NCBI RefSeq assembly: GCF_045040445.1
Contig: NZ_CP109392.1
Coordinates: forward strand, 5,853,656-5,877,655
DNA length: 24,000 bases
Direction: 5' to 3'
From: Streptomyces sp. NBC_01537
GTDB taxonomy: Bacteria; Actinomycetota; Actinomycetes; Streptomycetales; Streptomycetaceae
The translations under genes and the position numbers were made by a program. This document shows, piece by piece, positions 1 through 7,716 of the stretch (position 1 is the stretch's first letter; every line of letters starts with the position of its first letter). The notes beneath the pieces were generated by a model. That model ran no database searches, had not been told where the DNA came from, and worked only from the letters and a program-made list of their open reading frames with translations.

Positions 1-366
1 GTGTGGCTCTCGGAGACCCCTGAGCGCCGCATGCGCATGACGGAATTGGCCGAACGCTCGAAGATTACGCGCAGCAGGCTCTCCCACGCCATCTCCCGGC
101 TGGAGCAGAACGGCTGGGTCCGCCGCGAGAACTGCCCCAGCGACCGCCGCGGCCAGCTCGCCGTCCTCACCGACGAGGGCTTCGCCGCCCTCGCCGCAGC
201 CGCCCCCGGCCACGTCGAGGCGGTCCGCAACGCCATCTTCGACCGGCTCAGCCCCGAGCAGATCCAGCAGCTCGGCGAGATCCACCGCGTGATCGCGGCG
301 GGCCTGCAGCCGAAGACGGGCGCGGGCGGTGAGGGTACGGCTGCCGATCTGCCCTGGCTGCGCTAG
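1..366 (+). CDS. MarR family transcriptional regulator (5' end probably cut by window edge)
   Basis: The ORF is open from base 1. The translation has a MarR-type winged-helix stretch (ELAERSKITRSRLSHAISRLEQNGWVRRENCPSDRRGQLAVLTDEG). Stop TAG at 364-366. Confidence 0.8.
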   Translation: MWLSETPERRMRMTELAERSKITRSRLSHAISRLEQNGWVRRENCPSDRRGQLAVLTDEGFAALAAAAPGHVEAVRNAIFDRLSPEQIQQLGEIHRVIAAGLQPKTGAGGEGTAADLPWLR

Positions 367-380
367 GTGCGCCGGCTGCG

Positions 381-1007
381 CTAGCTGCTGCTTGTGCGGG
401 CTTCGAGATCGCGGCGGGTCGCGTCGCCGTACTCGCCGTCCTCGTCACCCCGGATCCCGTACCAGAGCTGGAAACGGGCCACCGCCTCGGCGAGGACGGA
501 GTCGTACTTTCCGTCCACCTTCCCGTCCGGATAGACATCCGGGATGCGCAGCAGCCGCGACTGCAGGTCGGACACCGCCGATCCGCTGTCCCCCTGCCGC
601 AGCACGCCCGCCTGCGCCTGGTACTGCGCCGATGCGCTCGCCGAAGGCCGCGGCGTGCTTCCCCCCGCAGCCGCCGCGTCATCGGTGCCCGGCACGATCA
701 CCCGCGCCGTCAGCACCGTCGCCAGCAGGAATCCCGCCCCCACGCTCACCCCGACGATCAACGTCAGCCGCGCCCGCCTGCCCCGCCACCTCGGCGCCGT
801 GGGCGCCGCCGGCGCCTCCGACGCCGGGACGCTGCTCAGCACCTGCGTGTCGTCCTCTTCGCCGGCCGCGGACGCGGGCTGCTCCGCCGCCGTTGTCGCG
901 ACCTCGGCCGGCCGGAACAGCTCATCGTCGTCCAGCCGCCGGGCCGTTCTGAGCGGCCCGATGACCCGCGTCGGCTCGATGACCGTGCGCCTGGATTCGG
1001 TTGCCAC
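381..1007 (-). CDS. membrane-anchored peptidoglycan-binding-domain protein
   Basis: GTG start at 1007 with AAGGAGG (complement of 1013-1019) 5 nt upstream. One hydrophobic span (LTLIVGVSVGAGFLLATVLTA). The C-terminal GDSGSAVSDLQSRLL...YDSVLAEAVARFQ resembles a PG_binding_1 repeat. Confidence 0.65.
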   Translation of the reverse strand: MATESRRTVIEPTRVIGPLRTARRLDDDELFRPAEVATTAAEQPASAAGEEDDTQVLSSVPASEAPAAPTAPRWRGRRARLTLIVGVSVGAGFLLATVLTARVIVPGTDDAAAAGGSTPRPSASASAQYQAQAGVLRQGDSGSAVSDLQSRLLRIPDVYPDGKVDGKYDSVLAEAVARFQLWYGIRGDEDGEYGDATRRDLEARTSSS

Positions 1008-1175
1008 GTCAGCCTCCTTGGCCTCAAGTGCCTCCCCTTGTTGGGAGGTTAGAAGCGGCGGTCACTGATTCGGGTGACATTTCCCGTTGTCCGGCGCCGG
1101 AGGCGGCGTATGCGCTAGCGGCAACTTTCAGCCCGTCCGGCGTTTGAGGACACGCCCGCAGGGCGTTCGGGGGCC

Positions 1176-1230
1176 CCGGGGGCTTGCCCCCGGTTTCGGG
1201 AAGGGGCGGGGTGGGGAAACCCCCTCACCC
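1176..1230 (-). terminator. two GC-rich hairpins downstream of the GNAT gene
   Basis: CCGGGGGC-TT-GCCCCCGG (1176-1193) and GGGGTGGGG-AAA-CCCCCTCACCC (about 1208-1230, one bulge) lie just past the stop of the minus-strand GNAT. Confidence 0.4.
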
Positions 1231-1239
1231 ACCGCGCCG

Positions 1240-1767
1240 CTAGCGCGATCGCTCCGAACCGAGTTCCTTCTCGAACCAGGCCACATCCCAGTAGCGCCCG
1301 AACTTCCGCCCCACCTCCCGGTACACCCCGATCGGCCGGAAGCCGAAGCGCGCGTGCAACCGCCCGGAAGCCTCGTTGGGCTGGGCGATGCCGGCGTACG
1401 CGCGGTGGACGTCCTCGCCCGCCAGGGCCTCGAAGAGCGAGGCGTACAGGAGCGTGCCGATGCCCCGCCGGCCCGCGTCGGGGGCGCAGTAGACGGTGAC
1501 CTCGACAGAGGTGGCGTACGCGGCCTTCGGCCGGAAAGGGCTGCTGGTGGCGTAGCCGAGGACACGACCGGCCTGCGAGGCAACCAAAAGCCGGTAGGGA
1601 CCGTCTTCCGGGTGGGAGAGCAGCCACGGGCGCCGCTGCTCCAGGGTCAGCGGCTCCACGTCGAACGTGATCGGGGTCTCACGGACGTAGTGGTTGTAGA
1701 GATCGGTGAGGGCCTGCAGATCGGCCTCTCGACCGGGCCTGACCTGGACTTCCGTACGCTCTGGCAA
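1240..1767 (-). CDS. GNAT N-acetyltransferase, phosphinothricin/methionine-sulfoximine acetyltransferase-like
   Basis: PAT-like motifs are present (VRPGREADLQALTDLYNHYV..TPITFDVEP, RRGIGTLLY, NEASGRLHARFGF, GRKFGRYWDV). I prefer the TTG start at 1767, which has GAGAGG 6 nt upstream. The track start at 1950 adds 61 residues that do not look like part of the domain. Confidence 0.7.
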   Translation of the reverse strand: MPERTEVQVRPGREADLQALTDLYNHYVRETPITFDVEPLTLEQRRPWLLSHPEDGPYRLLVASQAGRVLGYATSSPFRPKAAYATSVEVTVYCAPDAGRRGIGTLLYASLFEALAGEDVHRAYAGIAQPNEASGRLHARFGFRPIGVYREVGRKFGRYWDVAWFEKELGSERSR

Positions 1768-1831
1768 GATGTGACCTCTCTGCGTGGCGGCACAGGGTAC
1801 TGCAAGATCGTAAAAATCGGCGGGCTGGGTG

Positions 1832-1857
1832 GGAATTGTGTCCGGATTCCAGTCGTT
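1832..1857 (+). promoter_or_regulatory. sigma-R-type promoter (GGAAT-N18-GTT) upstream of hrdD
   Basis: GGAAT at 1832-1836, exactly 18 nt (1837-1854), then GTT at 1855-1857, about 87 nt upstream of the hrdD ATG. This matches the published sigma-R consensus. Confidence 0.55.
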
Positions 1858-1943
1858 ATCTCTTTTCGAGTGGGCAGTCGCAAGGTAAGTGCGAACCGCA
1901 CCACCCAACCGACACCCGACCGAACTTTCGCAAGGGAGCACGC

Positions 1944-2930
1944 ATGGCAACCCGTGCCGTCGCCCGTCGTACCGCAGGCGGGAGCAGCAGCGCTCGCGCA
2001 GGGCATGGCGAGATCGCGGATCGCGACCTCGTCGGAATGTACCTGGACGAGATCGCGCGTACGCCGCTGCTCGACGCCGCGCAGGAGGTCGAGCTTTCCA
2101 GGGCGATAGAGGCAGGCGTCTACGCCGAGCAGCTCCTCGCGGGAGAGGAGCATGGTCCGGGCGCGGACGCGAGCCGCGAGGAGCTCGAGGCGATAGCCGC
2201 CGAGGGCCGACAGGCCAAGGACGTCTTCATACGGTCCAACCTGCGCCTCGTCGTCGCCGTGGCCCGGCGCTACCCGCGCAGCGGCCTCCCGCTGCTCGAT
2301 CTCATCCAGGAGGGCAACGCAGGCCTGGTCCGCGCGGTGGAGAAGTTCGACTACGCCAAGGGCTTCAAGTTCTCCACCTACGCGACCTGGTGGATCCGTC
2401 AGGCCATCACCCGGTCGATCGCCGACCAGTCCCGGACCATCCGGCTGCCCGTCCACCTCGTCGAGGAGCTGGGCCGTGTCCGGCGCGTCCAGCGCGAGTT
2501 CAACCGCGAGCACGGGCGAGACCCCGAGCCCGCCGAGATCGCCGCGGAGCTGGACTCCACCCCGGAGCGCGTCGCCGATGTGCTGGACTGGGCACGTGAC
2601 CCGGTGAGCCTCAACATGTCCGTGGACGACGAGGGCGAGACCCAGTTCGGCGATCTGGTCGAGGACACGTCCGCCGCCTCCCCGGAGGACTCCGTCCTCG
2701 TCATGCTCCGCCGTGAGGAGCTCGAAGACCTCATCGGCCGCCTCGACGACCGCACCGCCTCCATCATCCGTTCCCGTTACGGCATCATCGACGGCCGCGA
2801 GCGCACCCTCACCGAGGTCGGCAAGCAGCACGGCCTCACCCGCGAGCGCATCCGCCAGATCGAGAAGCACGCTCTTGCCGACCTCAAGCGCATGGCCCGG
2901 GCATCGGGTCTCGCGTACGAGGCGGCCTGA
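1944..2930 (+). CDS. hrdD: RNA polymerase sigma-70 family group-2 sigma factor HrdD
   Basis: ATG at 1944 follows AAGGGAG. The N-terminus is MATRAVARR. Region 2 reads IQEGNAGLVRAVEKFDYAKGFKFSTYATWWIRQAITR and region 4.2 reads LTEVGKQHGLTRERIRQIEKHAL. Its position next to a fructose PTS operon matches my recollection of the S. coelicolor hrdD neighbourhood. Confidence 0.85.
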   Translation: MATRAVARRTAGGSSSARAGHGEIADRDLVGMYLDEIARTPLLDAAQEVELSRAIEAGVYAEQLLAGEEHGPGADASREELEAIAAEGRQAKDVFIRSNLRLVVAVARRYPRSGLPLLDLIQEGNAGLVRAVEKFDYAKGFKFSTYATWWIRQAITRSIADQSRTIRLPVHLVEELGRVRRVQREFNREHGRDPEPAEIAAELDSTPERVADVLDWARDPVSLNMSVDDEGETQFGDLVEDTSAASPEDSVLVMLRREELEDLIGRLDDRTASIIRSRYGIIDGRERTLTEVGKQHGLTRERIRQIEKHALADLKRMARASGLAYEAA

Positions 2931-2954
2931 CCGCCGCACCATCCCCGCAGAGCC

Positions 2955-2990
2955 GAGCCCCCAGTGCCTTCCCCCCGGCACTGGGGGCTC
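2955..2990 (+). terminator. hrdD terminator hairpin
   Basis: Perfect 14-bp stem: GAGCCCCCAGTGCC (2955-2968) pairs with GGCACTGGGGGCTC (2977-2990), with an 8-nt loop. It starts 25 nt after the hrdD stop. Confidence 0.7.
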
Positions 2991-3108
2991 ACTGCTGCGC
3001 GTGCCCGGTCGTGCCCGAAATGTTGCCCGAACTTGTTTACATACCCGCAACGCGGGCGTACGGTGAGCCGAAACAACAGGTTCGGACACGAAACGGACTC
3101 ACTCAGAC

Positions 3109-3891
3109 ATGTACGCACCCGAGCGCCAGCAGGAGATCCTGCGCCTCGCCCGCGAACGCGGCCGCGTCGAAGTCCCGGCTCTCGCCGAGGAGTTCGACGT
3201 AACGCCGGAGACCGTCCGCCGGGACCTGAAGGCGCTGGACCGGGCCGGCCTGATCCGGCGCGTGCACGGCGGTGCGATCCCCACCGGCCGACTGGACTTC
3301 GAGCCGGACCTGAGCGAGCGCGAGGCGACCGCCGCCACCCAGAAGGACCGCATCGCGAAAGCGGCACTCGCGGAGCTGCCCGCCGAGGGCAGCGTCATCA
3401 TCGACGCCGGCACCACCACCGCCCGCCTCGTGACCGCCCTGCCCCTGGACTCCCGCCTCACCGTGGTCACCCACGCGCTGCCGATCGCCGCCCGCCTCGC
3501 GGAGTACCCGGACCTGACCCTCCACCTCGTCGGCGGACGCCTGCGCCACCGCACCCGCGCCGCCGTCGGCGAGTGGGCGCTGCGCGCGTACGAGGACATC
3601 AACGCGGACGTGACCTTCATCGCCGCCAACGGCTTCTCCCTCGCCGACGCCGACGCGGACGGCAAGGGCGGGCTGACCACCCCCGACCTCGCCGAGGCGG
3701 CCGTCAAGCGGGCCATGATCCGCGCCGCGCGCCGGGTCGTGCTGCTCGCGGACTCCGCGAAGTTCGGCCAGGCCCACTTCGCCCGCTTCGGCGAGCTGGC
3801 GGACGTGGACGTACTGATCACCGACGAGGGGCTGAGCCCCGAGGACGCCCGCGCGATCGAGCGGGCCGGGACCCGGGTGGTGCGCGCATGA
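3109..3891 (+). CDS. DeoR family transcriptional regulator (fructose operon repressor type)
   Basis: N-terminal DeoR HTH (ERQQEILRLARERGRVEVPALAEEFDVTPETVRRDLKALD) plus a C-terminal sugar-phosphate sensor domain. ATGA overlap with the downstream kinase gene. Confidence 0.85.
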   Translation: MYAPERQQEILRLARERGRVEVPALAEEFDVTPETVRRDLKALDRAGLIRRVHGGAIPTGRLDFEPDLSEREATAATQKDRIAKAALAELPAEGSVIIDAGTTTARLVTALPLDSRLTVVTHALPIAARLAEYPDLTLHLVGGRLRHRTRAAVGEWALRAYEDINADVTFIAANGFSLADADADGKGGLTTPDLAEAAVKRAMIRAARRVVLLADSAKFGQAHFARFGELADVDVLITDEGLSPEDARAIERAGTRVVRA

Positions 3892-4838
3892 TCGTGACTG
3901 TAACTCCCAACCCCAGCCTGGACCGTACGTACGAGGTGCCGTCGCTGGCCCGCGGCGAGGTGCTGCGCGCGACCGGCGACCGGGTCGACCCCGGCGGCAA
4001 GGGCGTCAACGTCTCCCGCGCGGTGGCCGCAGCCGGTCACCGAACGATCGCCGTGCTGCCCCTGGGCGGGCCGGAGGGCGCGCTGCTCAGCCGCCTGCTC
4101 ATCGAGCAGGGCATCGAGGCGGCCGGGATGGAGATCGAGGGCCGGACCCGGATCAACATCTCCGTGGCCGAGCCCGACGGCACCCTCACCAAGATCAACG
4201 CGGCCGGGCCATACCTCACCCCGGCCGAGTCCGAGGCGCTGCTCGACGCCGTGCGCACCCGCTCCGAAGGCGCCGACTGGATCGCCTGCTGCGGCAGCCT
4301 CCCGCGCGGCCTCGCCCCCGCCTGGTACGCCGAACTGGTCGCCCGCGCCCACCGCGCCGGCGCCCGGATCGCCCTGGACACCTCCGGCCCCTCCCTGCTC
4401 GCAGCCCTGCGCGAGCGCCCCGACGTCGTCAAGCCCAACGCCGAGGAGCTCGCCCAGGCCGTCGGCCGCCCGCTGCTCACCATCGGCGACGCGGTCAAGG
4501 CGGCGGAGGAGCTGCGCACGATGGGCGCCGGCGCGGTGCTCGCCAGCCTCGGCGCGGACGGCCAGCTGCTGGTCGACGAGACGGGCGCGTACTACGGCCA
4601 CGCGGATGTCCCCGCCGGCGCGGTGCGCAGCAACGTCGGCGCGGGAGACGCCTCGCTCGCCGGCTTTCTCGCCGCGGGCGGCACCGGCGCCGCCGCCCTC
4701 GCCTCGGCCGTCGCGCACGGCGCGGCCGCCGTCCAGCTCCCCGGCAGCGTCATGCCGACGCCCGAGGACCTCGAACCCTCGGCGGTCATCACGACCGCCG
4801 ATGTGCCGACCGACCGTCTCCTGCGGGAGCCGGCGTGA
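3888..4838 (+). CDS. fruK: 1-phosphofructokinase (PfkB family)
   Basis: ATG at 3888 overlaps the DeoR stop. MIVTVTPNPSLDRTY...GGKGVNVSR and the C-terminal NVGAGDASLAGFL are PfkB/FruK signatures. It lies between a DeoR regulator and EII-Fru. Confidence 0.85.
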   Translation: MIVTVTPNPSLDRTYEVPSLARGEVLRATGDRVDPGGKGVNVSRAVAAAGHRTIAVLPLGGPEGALLSRLLIEQGIEAAGMEIEGRTRINISVAEPDGTLTKINAAGPYLTPAESEALLDAVRTRSEGADWIACCGSLPRGLAPAWYAELVARAHRAGARIALDTSGPSLLAALRERPDVVKPNAEELAQAVGRPLLTIGDAVKAAEELRTMGAGAVLASLGADGQLLVDETGAYYGHADVPAGAVRSNVGAGDASLAGFLAAGGTGAAALASAVAHGAAAVQLPGSVMPTPEDLEPSAVITTADVPTDRLLREPA

Positions 4839-4875
4839 GGAATTACGTCCCCACCTCCCGTAATGGAGCCGCGCG

Positions 4876-6897
4876 ATGAGCGACATGATCACCGCGGATC
4901 TGGTCGATCTCGACCTGACCGCCGAAACCAAGGAAGCGGCGACGCGTTCCCTCGCGGAACGCCTGGTCAGTGCGGGCCGGGTCACCGACCTGGACGGCTT
5001 CCTCGCCGACGTTGCCGCCCGTGAGGAGCAGATGCCCACCGGCCTCGACGGCGGCATCGGCATCCCGCACTGCCGCAGCGAGCACGTCACCGAGCCCTCG
5101 CTGGCCTTCGGCCGCAGCGCCGCCAGGGTCGACTTCGGCGCCCCCGACGGCCCGGCCGACCTGATCTTCCTCATCGCCGCCCCGGCCGGCGCCGACAGCG
5201 ACCACCTCACGATCCTGTCCGCCCTGGCCCGCCGCCTGATGGACGGCGACTTCACGGGCGCGCTGCGCGCCACGGACGACGCGTCCTACGCGGCCGCCCT
5301 CATCCGCGGTGACGCGGAACCCCAGACCGCCGTCGCGCCCCCGACTTCGGGAGTGGCCTCCTATGAGGGCGCGACGGCTACCACCTCCGAGCCGGAGAAG
5401 CCCTTCCGGATCGTCGCGGTGACCTCCTGCCCGACCGGCATCGCCCACACCTACATGGCTGCCGAGTCCCTCGAGCAGGCCGCGGCCGACAAGGGCGTCG
5501 AGCTGACGGTGGAGACCCAGGGCTCCGCCGGGTTCACCCGGATCGACCCGGCCGTCATCGCCTCCGCCGACGCCGTGATCTTCGCCCACGACGTCGAGGT
5601 GCGGGAGAAGGAACGTTTCGCTGGCAAGCCGACCGTCGATGTCGGCGTGAAGGCGGGCATCAACCGCCCCGGCGAGCTCATCGATGAGGCGCGCGGCAAG
5701 GCGGCGCGCGGCGAGTCCACCGCCCCGGCCGCCGCGGGTGGCGCCCCGATGTCCGTGGGTGCCGGAGCCAACGACCACTTCGGCATCAAGCTCCGCAAGT
5801 GGCTGATGACCGGCGTCAGTTACATGGTCCCGTTCGTCGCGGCGGGCGGTCTGCTGATCGCGCTCGGCTTCGCGCTGGGCGGCAGCGACGGTTACCTGGT
5901 CGCCAAGATGCCCTCCGTCACCGAGCACTTCGACTGGGGCCAGATCGACAGCTGGGGCGCCCTGAGCTTCCAGATCGGCGTCGCCGCCTTCGGCTTCCTC
6001 GTCCCGGTCCTCGCCGGATACATCGCCTACGGCATGGCCGACCGGCCGGGCCTCGTCCCCGGCTTCGTCGGTGGCGCGATCGCCCTCACCATCAACGCGG
6101 GCTTCCTGGGCGGCCTGGCCGCCGGTCTGATCGCGGGCGGCGTCGTCATCGCGATCCAGAAGATCAACATTCCGCCGGTGATGCGCGGCATCATGCCGGT
6201 CGTGGTGATCCCGCTGCTGTCCTCGATCGTTGTCGGCTTCCTGATGTTCCTGGTGATCGGCAAGCCGATCGCCTCGGCCCAGAAGGGCATGACCGACTGG
6301 CTCAACGGCCTCTCGGGCACGAACGCCATCTTCCTCGGCATCATCCTCGGCCTGATGATGTGCTTCGACCTCGGCGGCCCGGTCAACAAGGTCGCCTACA
6401 CCTTCGCCACCGCTGGCATCGCCGTCGCCAGCCCCAGCGACTCCGCCATGAAGATCATGGCTGCCGTGATGGCCGCCGGCATGGTCCCGCCGCTGGCCAT
6501 GGCCCTGGCGACCACGGTCCGGGGCCACCTCTTCACCGAGACCGAGCGCGAGAACGGCAAGGCCGCCTGGGTCCTCGGAGCCTCTTTCATCTCCGAGGGC
6601 GCGATCCCCTTCGCCGCCGCCGACCCGCTGCGCGTCATCCCCTCGGCGATGGCAGGCGGCGCCGTCACCGGCGCCCTGAGCATGGCCTTCGGCAGCACCC
6701 TGCGGGCCCCGCACGGCGGCATCTTCGTGGTGCCGCTGATCGGAAAGCCCTGGCTCTACCTGATCGCCATCGCGGCGGGCACCCTGGTCACCACCGCCCT
6801 CGTCGTTCTCCTCAAGGGCCTTCGCAAGGCCCCCGAGCCCGCCCTCGCCGAGGCTTCCCCCGCCCCGGCCGAGGCAAAGGTCCCGGTCGCCGCGTAG
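4876..6897 (+). CDS. fruA: PTS fructose transporter subunit IIABC
   Basis: IIA-Fru/Ntr-like N-terminus (GIGIPHCRSEHV), IIB (FRIVAVTSCPTGIAHTYMAAESL), and a long multi-TM IIC domain (GGPVNKVAYTF). Confidence 0.9.
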   Translation: MSDMITADLVDLDLTAETKEAATRSLAERLVSAGRVTDLDGFLADVAAREEQMPTGLDGGIGIPHCRSEHVTEPSLAFGRSAARVDFGAPDGPADLIFLIAAPAGADSDHLTILSALARRLMDGDFTGALRATDDASYAAALIRGDAEPQTAVAPPTSGVASYEGATATTSEPEKPFRIVAVTSCPTGIAHTYMAAESLEQAAADKGVELTVETQGSAGFTRIDPAVIASADAVIFAHDVEVREKERFAGKPTVDVGVKAGINRPGELIDEARGKAARGESTAPAAAGGAPMSVGAGANDHFGIKLRKWLMTGVSYMVPFVAAGGLLIALGFALGGSDGYLVAKMPSVTEHFDWGQIDSWGALSFQIGVAAFGFLVPVLAGYIAYGMADRPGLVPGFVGGAIALTINAGFLGGLAAGLIAGGVVIAIQKINIPPVMRGIMPVVVIPLLSSIVVGFLMFLVIGKPIASAQKGMTDWLNGLSGTNAIFLGIILGLMMCFDLGGPVNKVAYTFATAGIAVASPSDSAMKIMAAVMAAGMVPPLAMALATTVRGHLFTETERENGKAAWVLGASFISEGAIPFAAADPLRVIPSAMAGGAVTGALSMAFGSTLRAPHGGIFVVPLIGKPWLYLIAIAAGTLVTTALVVLLKGLRKAPEPALAEASPAPAEAKVPVAA

Positions 6898-6917
6898 AGC
6901 CCGCACCGCCCCTGTAC

Positions 6918-6958
6918 CGGCCCGGCCGGACGTCGCCCCCCGACGCCCGGCCGGGCCG
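6918..6958 (+). terminator. fruA terminator hairpin
   Basis: 18-bp stem with one mismatch: CGGCCCGGCCGGACGTCG (6918-6935) pairs with CGACGCCCGGCCGGGCCG (6941-6958). The loop is CCCCC. It starts 21 nt after the fruA stop. Confidence 0.65.
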
Positions 6959-6993
6959 CCTGCCGTACGGCAGCCCGCCCGTACCCTTGACCC

Positions 6994-7155
6994 ATGAGCA
7001 CCGAACCAGTCCCGGCCGCGTTGATCTTCGACGACCCGCTGGACCAGCCGTCCTCGGACGACACCGACACCGCCTGGGGCGACCGTCCCACCCCCGCCGG
7101 CAGCGCGGCCGACCTCGCCCGCTTCCTCGACGAGAAGCCCCCGCACCACGTCTGA
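6994..7155 (+). CDS. small acidic hypothetical protein, 53 aa (below ORF-track cutoff)
   Basis: Hand translation gives MSTEPVPAALIFDDPLDQPSSDDTDTAWGDRPTPAGSAADLARFLDEKPPHHV. By my count 50 of 53 codons end in G/C. An in-frame TGA lies 3 nt before the ATG, and no SD is visible. Confidence 0.55.
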   Translation: MSTEPVPAALIFDDPLDQPSSDDTDTAWGDRPTPAGSAADLARFLDEKPPHHV

Positions 7156-7159
7156 CCTC

Positions 7160-7189
7160 TTCCGGGGGCCCGGGGCCGGAGCCCCGGAA
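7160..7189. terminator. possible bidirectional hairpin between the small ORF and mscL
   Basis: TTCCGGGG (7160-7167) pairs with CCCCGGAA (7182-7189). An alternative inner stem is CCGGGGC (7170-7176) with GCCCCGG (7181-7187). Confidence 0.4.
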
Positions 7190-7201
7190 CCCCGTCAAGG
7201 T

Positions 7202-7684
7202 CTAGCGCTTCACCCACGTCCCGCCGTGGTCCTGCCCCGGCACGGCCGGGCCGCGGCCGGCGGCCTCGCGCGCGAGCAGATCGCGGATCTCCACGAGCAG
7301 ATCCACCTCGGTCGGAGGAGCCGGCGTGCCGTCGCCGTCCTTCAGTTGGCCGCTCTTGCGCCGCTCGTTGAACGTGTTCATGGGCAGAATGAGCCCGAAG
7401 TAGACGACCGCCGCGGTGATCGTGAACGTCAGCATCGAGGTGAGCACGGAGCCGTATGCGATGGCGACACCCGACTTGACCCCACCGGTCGCGCTGACAA
7501 CGCAGTTGTCCTTCAGGCACCACGCGTAGCCGTCGAGGTTCTTCGTGCCGATGAGTCCGACGACAGGGTTGATGATGCCCTTCACGAATGCGTCGACGAT
7601 CTTGCTGAACGCAGCGCCGATGACAACGGCGACAGCGAGTTCCACGACGTTGCCACGCAGCAGGAAGGCCTTGAAGCCCTTCAA
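7202..7684 (-). CDS. mscL: large-conductance mechanosensitive channel MscL (long C-terminal tail)
   Basis: MKGFKAFLLRGNVVELAVAVVIGAAFSKIV is the MscL TM1 signature. There are two TM spans, then a cytoplasmic helix (EVDLLVEIRDLLARE). Confidence 0.9.
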   Translation of the reverse strand: MKGFKAFLLRGNVVELAVAVVIGAAFSKIVDAFVKGIINPVVGLIGTKNLDGYAWCLKDNCVVSATGGVKSGVAIAYGSVLTSMLTFTITAAVVYFGLILPMNTFNERRKSGQLKDGDGTPAPPTEVDLLVEIRDLLAREAAGRGPAVPGQDHGGTWVKR

Positions 7685-7716
7685 GAGATGTTCCTTTCGA
7701 GCAACCCGTGTCCCGC

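Noticed and set aside
358-384. Direct repeat of CTGCGCTAG (358-366 and 376-384) at the convergent stop codons of the MarR and PG-binding genes.
   Set aside because: It is a 9-bp match in GC-rich DNA, explained by two stop codons in a GCTAG(C) context. It is probably coincidental.
1836-1943. Extension of hrdD to the track start at 1836.
   Set aside because: ATG 1944 has a good SD (AAGGGAG) and gives the HrdD-type N-terminus MATRAVARR. The upstream 36 codons overlap the sigma-R promoter motif.
2964-3887. The 624-aa ORF fusing about 300 upstream codons onto fruK.
   Set aside because: The upstream part is Arg/Pro-rich and overlaps the well-supported DeoR gene in another frame. The FruK homology begins at MIVTVTPNPSLDR (ATG 3888).
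3099-5273. 724-aa minus-strand ORF antisense to the DeoR/fruK/fruA genes. The 768-aa ORF at 4843-7149 is a similar case.
   Set aside because: These are typical shadow ORFs of a high-GC genome. The translations are Arg/Ala/Gly-rich low complexity with no recognisable domain. The opposite strand carries clear, motif-rich genes.
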